Shown: in pieces, positions 61,743 through 64,000 of the stretch
Layout: the number at the start of each line of letters is the position of its first letter
How positions within the stretch are numbered: the stretch's first letter is position 1
From: Caecitellus pseudoparvulus
Taxonomy: Eukaryota; Protista; Bigyra: Bicosoecida
Direction: 5' to 3'
Length of the DNA stretch: 64,000 bases
Assembly: GCA_965644315.1 (NCBI GenBank)
Contig: CBFFRQ010000055.1
Span: 237,650-301,649, forward strand
Notes under the pieces: generated by a model
What the model was told of the DNA's origin: nothing
What the model saw: only the letters and a program-made list of their open reading frames with translations
The model's database searches: none
Made by a program: the position numbers and the translations under genes

Positions 61743-64000
61743 TTATCCCATGAACTCTTCAAACATCGCGTCAAGTTCGTCTTGCTCCGTGAGCGGCTGA
61801 TCTGAGCCCGCTGCTTCTTCTGGTTTGACGCCAGCAGTCTCCAAGTACACCCCTTCCCCCTTGCTTGCAGGCCCCAAGGGACCCCAGTGCCCTCGAAGGT
61901 TGGTGCCGTCCACGATGCGGATGCCCAGCTGCCCCTCCACATGCTCTCGCATGCCGTCTGGGACTGTGTGCGTCAAGGCAATCATGGCGCCGCCATCCTC
62001 AACGTGAAACTTCTCCCCCCCGACGTAGGCCTGGAAGAGCCTGTCCCATGCTGGCATCTGATGAGGACTTAGTTTGCGCTGGTTGTACATCGCTTTCGCG
62101 GCAGCAATCAAGTCACCCACAGCACGCACGACGGGCACGTGCCTTCGCTCGATGTCCTCCCGCTTCGCTCTGCCATACGGCTCCACACCCATCAAGCCTT
62201 CCACTGCCGTCCGCACTGCAGCAGCTCCTGCTTTGTTCTTGTCCCCTTTCTCCAGTGTCCTCTGGTTGGCTCGCTTCACCTGCACGCGCATGATCCGCAC
62301 TGTTGTCACGCGGCCCTTCACTTCGTAGGACACCCGAATCACGTCGCCACCGTAGGCATCTGGGAGCTCCTTCATCCAGAATGAACCCTTGCGGAGAGCC
62401 AAATATTCCTTGAAACTGTCGTCAACCTGCTCAAGAGCCTCGTACGCAGCTCGCGCACGTGCACGCCAATCTGCCTCAGCCCCGGCTGCCTGGCTTCCAC
62501 CACCAGCTCCGCCAGCTCCCGCTGCGGCGTGTGGTGCCCCAACACTCTCCGCTGGTGCAGCCGCTTGTGCAGGCGGGTCTGCTGTGCGGCCTGTCACGAC
62601 TGTCATGCGCACCCCCGCCAGCTTCCCGCCCTCGGTGTCGCTGTTGCTGGCCTTGACAGCTTGTTTGGGGGTATTTGCTTTGCCTTCGCTGCTCACTTCT
62701 TCTCCATCTTCGTCCTCCACGAGGACATCCCCGTCTTGGTCTGGCATCCTCGCCAGGGCACGGGTAATGGGCAGCTCGGCCCTCTCTCCGTACCCGTCAT
62801 ATCGCATCCACACCATGACGTCACCGTGCACACCTCCACGGCCAAACCTGCGGTACACTTCAAGGCTGCCTAGGCCCAGGCCTTTCCCGTGCTCCACAAG
62901 CCAACCTTTGTCGATGGCGTCGTCAATCAGTCTCGTAGCGGCCTTGGTGGCGGCGTCTGCTTGTGCTGTGCCGTCGCCTGCTGCCGCTGCGGCTGGCTGC
63001 TCAGGAATCCCTGCGAGTTTTCTTGTGAACTTGTCCCTTGGTACGACATATTGCGAGGAGCGAAAACCAAGCGCCGTGGCTCTCGGCAGCTTTGCCCGCT
63101 TGGCAGCCGGCAAGCTCGCTAAGAATGGGTCGATCACCTGCTGGAATAAGGTGCTGGGTGGGTTGCTGTCAGGGTGTCGCCGAGTTACTGGGAGGTCTGG
63201 CCAGGGCGCACCCGGAATCCACACAGACAGACACTTTCTTGCAGCACGCATCAGTTTCCGGGGTGTGTGCCCGTACAGCTCCAGGGCACGTTCCAGGGAG
63301 GACTTGAGCTTCTCCTCGTCGCTCGTCTCCTCTTCCCCCAAGCGCTCCAGAAACATCGCGTCAAGCTTCTTCGCCATTTCCAGCGCTGCTTCTGACGGCT
63401 GCCTCTCCTTCGCCAATGCACTTGATGCCTCCTGTGCTGCGTCCACCGCTGCACCAGGAGTCTGCGCCTCTGCTTCCTCTCGGTACAGAGTGAACGAAGG
63501 GTCAACCGTCTTGCACGCGTGCGTGAGCAGGAAGGCCTTGAGGGAGTCCTCGGTCCACATGGCACCTCCAATGCGCAAGTGTTCGAATTTATCCCCGTTC
63601 CAGTTCGCCCGCAGTGACGCATGTGTGTACTCGGGTGGGAAGTCATGGGCTGATCCGTCAGACAGGAACAGCTGCCGGGAGCGTTGAAAGCTCGCACAGA
63701 TCACCATGCCAATGGTAGGATCGTCCACTCCAAGGATCTCCTGCAGTTGCCGATGCCATCGTTTGGCGAGGTTGGAGTCGAACTTGAGTCCCTGGAAGAG
63801 GTGCTCTGCTTCATCAACGATCACGAGGACCGCGATGCCGGCTTGCCTCAGCAGAGCGCTTGCGATGTCCAACCGGTCATGATTCCCGTCATTCTTCACT
63901 GCCTCACGCACTTCAGGTGACAGAGCCTTGGTGCCATCACGCAAGGTAAAGATGGCTGGAAGCTGCTCCTCGTGCACTTGCTCGTCTTTCGAGCCTGCAG
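61743..64000 (-). CDS. P-loop NTPase plus C-terminal PD-(D/E)xK-like nuclease (Crinkler/CR-effector-like); 5' end beyond the window
   Basis: Walker B VLVIVDEAEHLF, GHTPRKL, GERAE helix, PDAYGGD...RVQVK. Intronless over 2.2 kb; frame open to the window end. Confidence 0.6.
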   Translation of the reverse strand, partial: AGSKDEQVHEEQLPAIFTLRDGTKALSPEVREAVKNDGNHDRLDIASALLRQAGIAVLVIVDEAEHLFQGLKFDSNLAKRWHRQLQEILGVDDPTIGMVICASFQRSRQLFLSDGSAHDFPPEYTHASLRANWNGDKFEHLRIGGAMWTEDSLKAFLLTHACKTVDPSFTLYREEAEAQTPGAAVDAAQEASSALAKERQPSEAALEMAKKLDAMFLERLGEEETSDEEKLKSSLERALELYGHTPRKLMRAARKCLSVWIPGAPWPDLPVTRRHPDSNPPSTLFQQVIDPFLASLPAAKRAKLPRATALGFRSSQYVVPRDKFTRKLAGIPEQPAAAAAGDGTAQADAATKAATRLIDDAIDKGWLVEHGKGLGLGSLEVYRRFGRGGVHGDVMVWMRYDGYGERAELPITRALARMPDQDGDVLVEDEDGEEVSSEGKANTPKQAVKASNSDTEGGKLAGVRMTVVTGRTADPPAQAAAPAESVGAPHAAAGAGGAGGGSQAAGAEADWRARARAAYEALEQVDDSFKEYLALRKGSFWMKELPDAYGGDVIRVSYEVKGRVTTVRIMRVQVKRANQRTLEKGDKNKAGAAAVRTAVEGLMGVEPYGRAKREDIERRHVPVVRAVGDLIAAAKAMYNQRKLSPHQMPAWDRLFQAYVGGEKFHVEDGGAMIALTHTVPDGMREHVEGQLGIRIVDGTNLRGHWGPLGPASKGEGVYLETAGVKPEEAAGSDQPLTEQDELDAMFEEFMG

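Overview
Gene-dense, high-GC eukaryotic nuclear DNA, not a prokaryote. Genes carry short (mostly about 55-100 nt) canonical GT-AG introns with GTGCGT/GTGAGT/GTACGT-type donors. Gene content (multi-TM cadherin, UDP-sugar pyrophosphorylase, Crinkler-like NTPase/nuclease) suggests a protist, probably a heterotrophic stramenopile (inference). About 22 protein-coding loci can be supported: LtrA-like, secreted Cys-rich repeat protein, calmodulin-like, VPS9 GEF, SLC43-type transporter, TBC1D24-like, dTMP kinase, N6-adenine methyltransferase, RBM22, myosin, USP, PPR, giant cadherin-IPT-multiTM protein, PNPO, PH protein, gp78/AMFR-like E3, PAT1, DGAT2, PRELI-like, Ser/Thr kinase, an orphan Ig/FN3-like fragment and a truncated NTPase + PD-(D/E)xK effector. 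Most notable observations: (1) a recurrent AATGCA hexamer just downstream of many stop codons, a candidate lineage-specific 3'-end/poly(A) signal; (2) an RBM22 whose CCCH zinc finger has lost all four ligands; (3) the giant cadherin with a bacterial-adhesin-like N-terminal domain; (4) the Crinkler-type NTPase-nuclease beside an orphan gene fragment; (5) one oversized, hairpin-rich intron. All assignments come from motif recognition by eye; no database searches were run, and exon boundaries and some starts are approximate.
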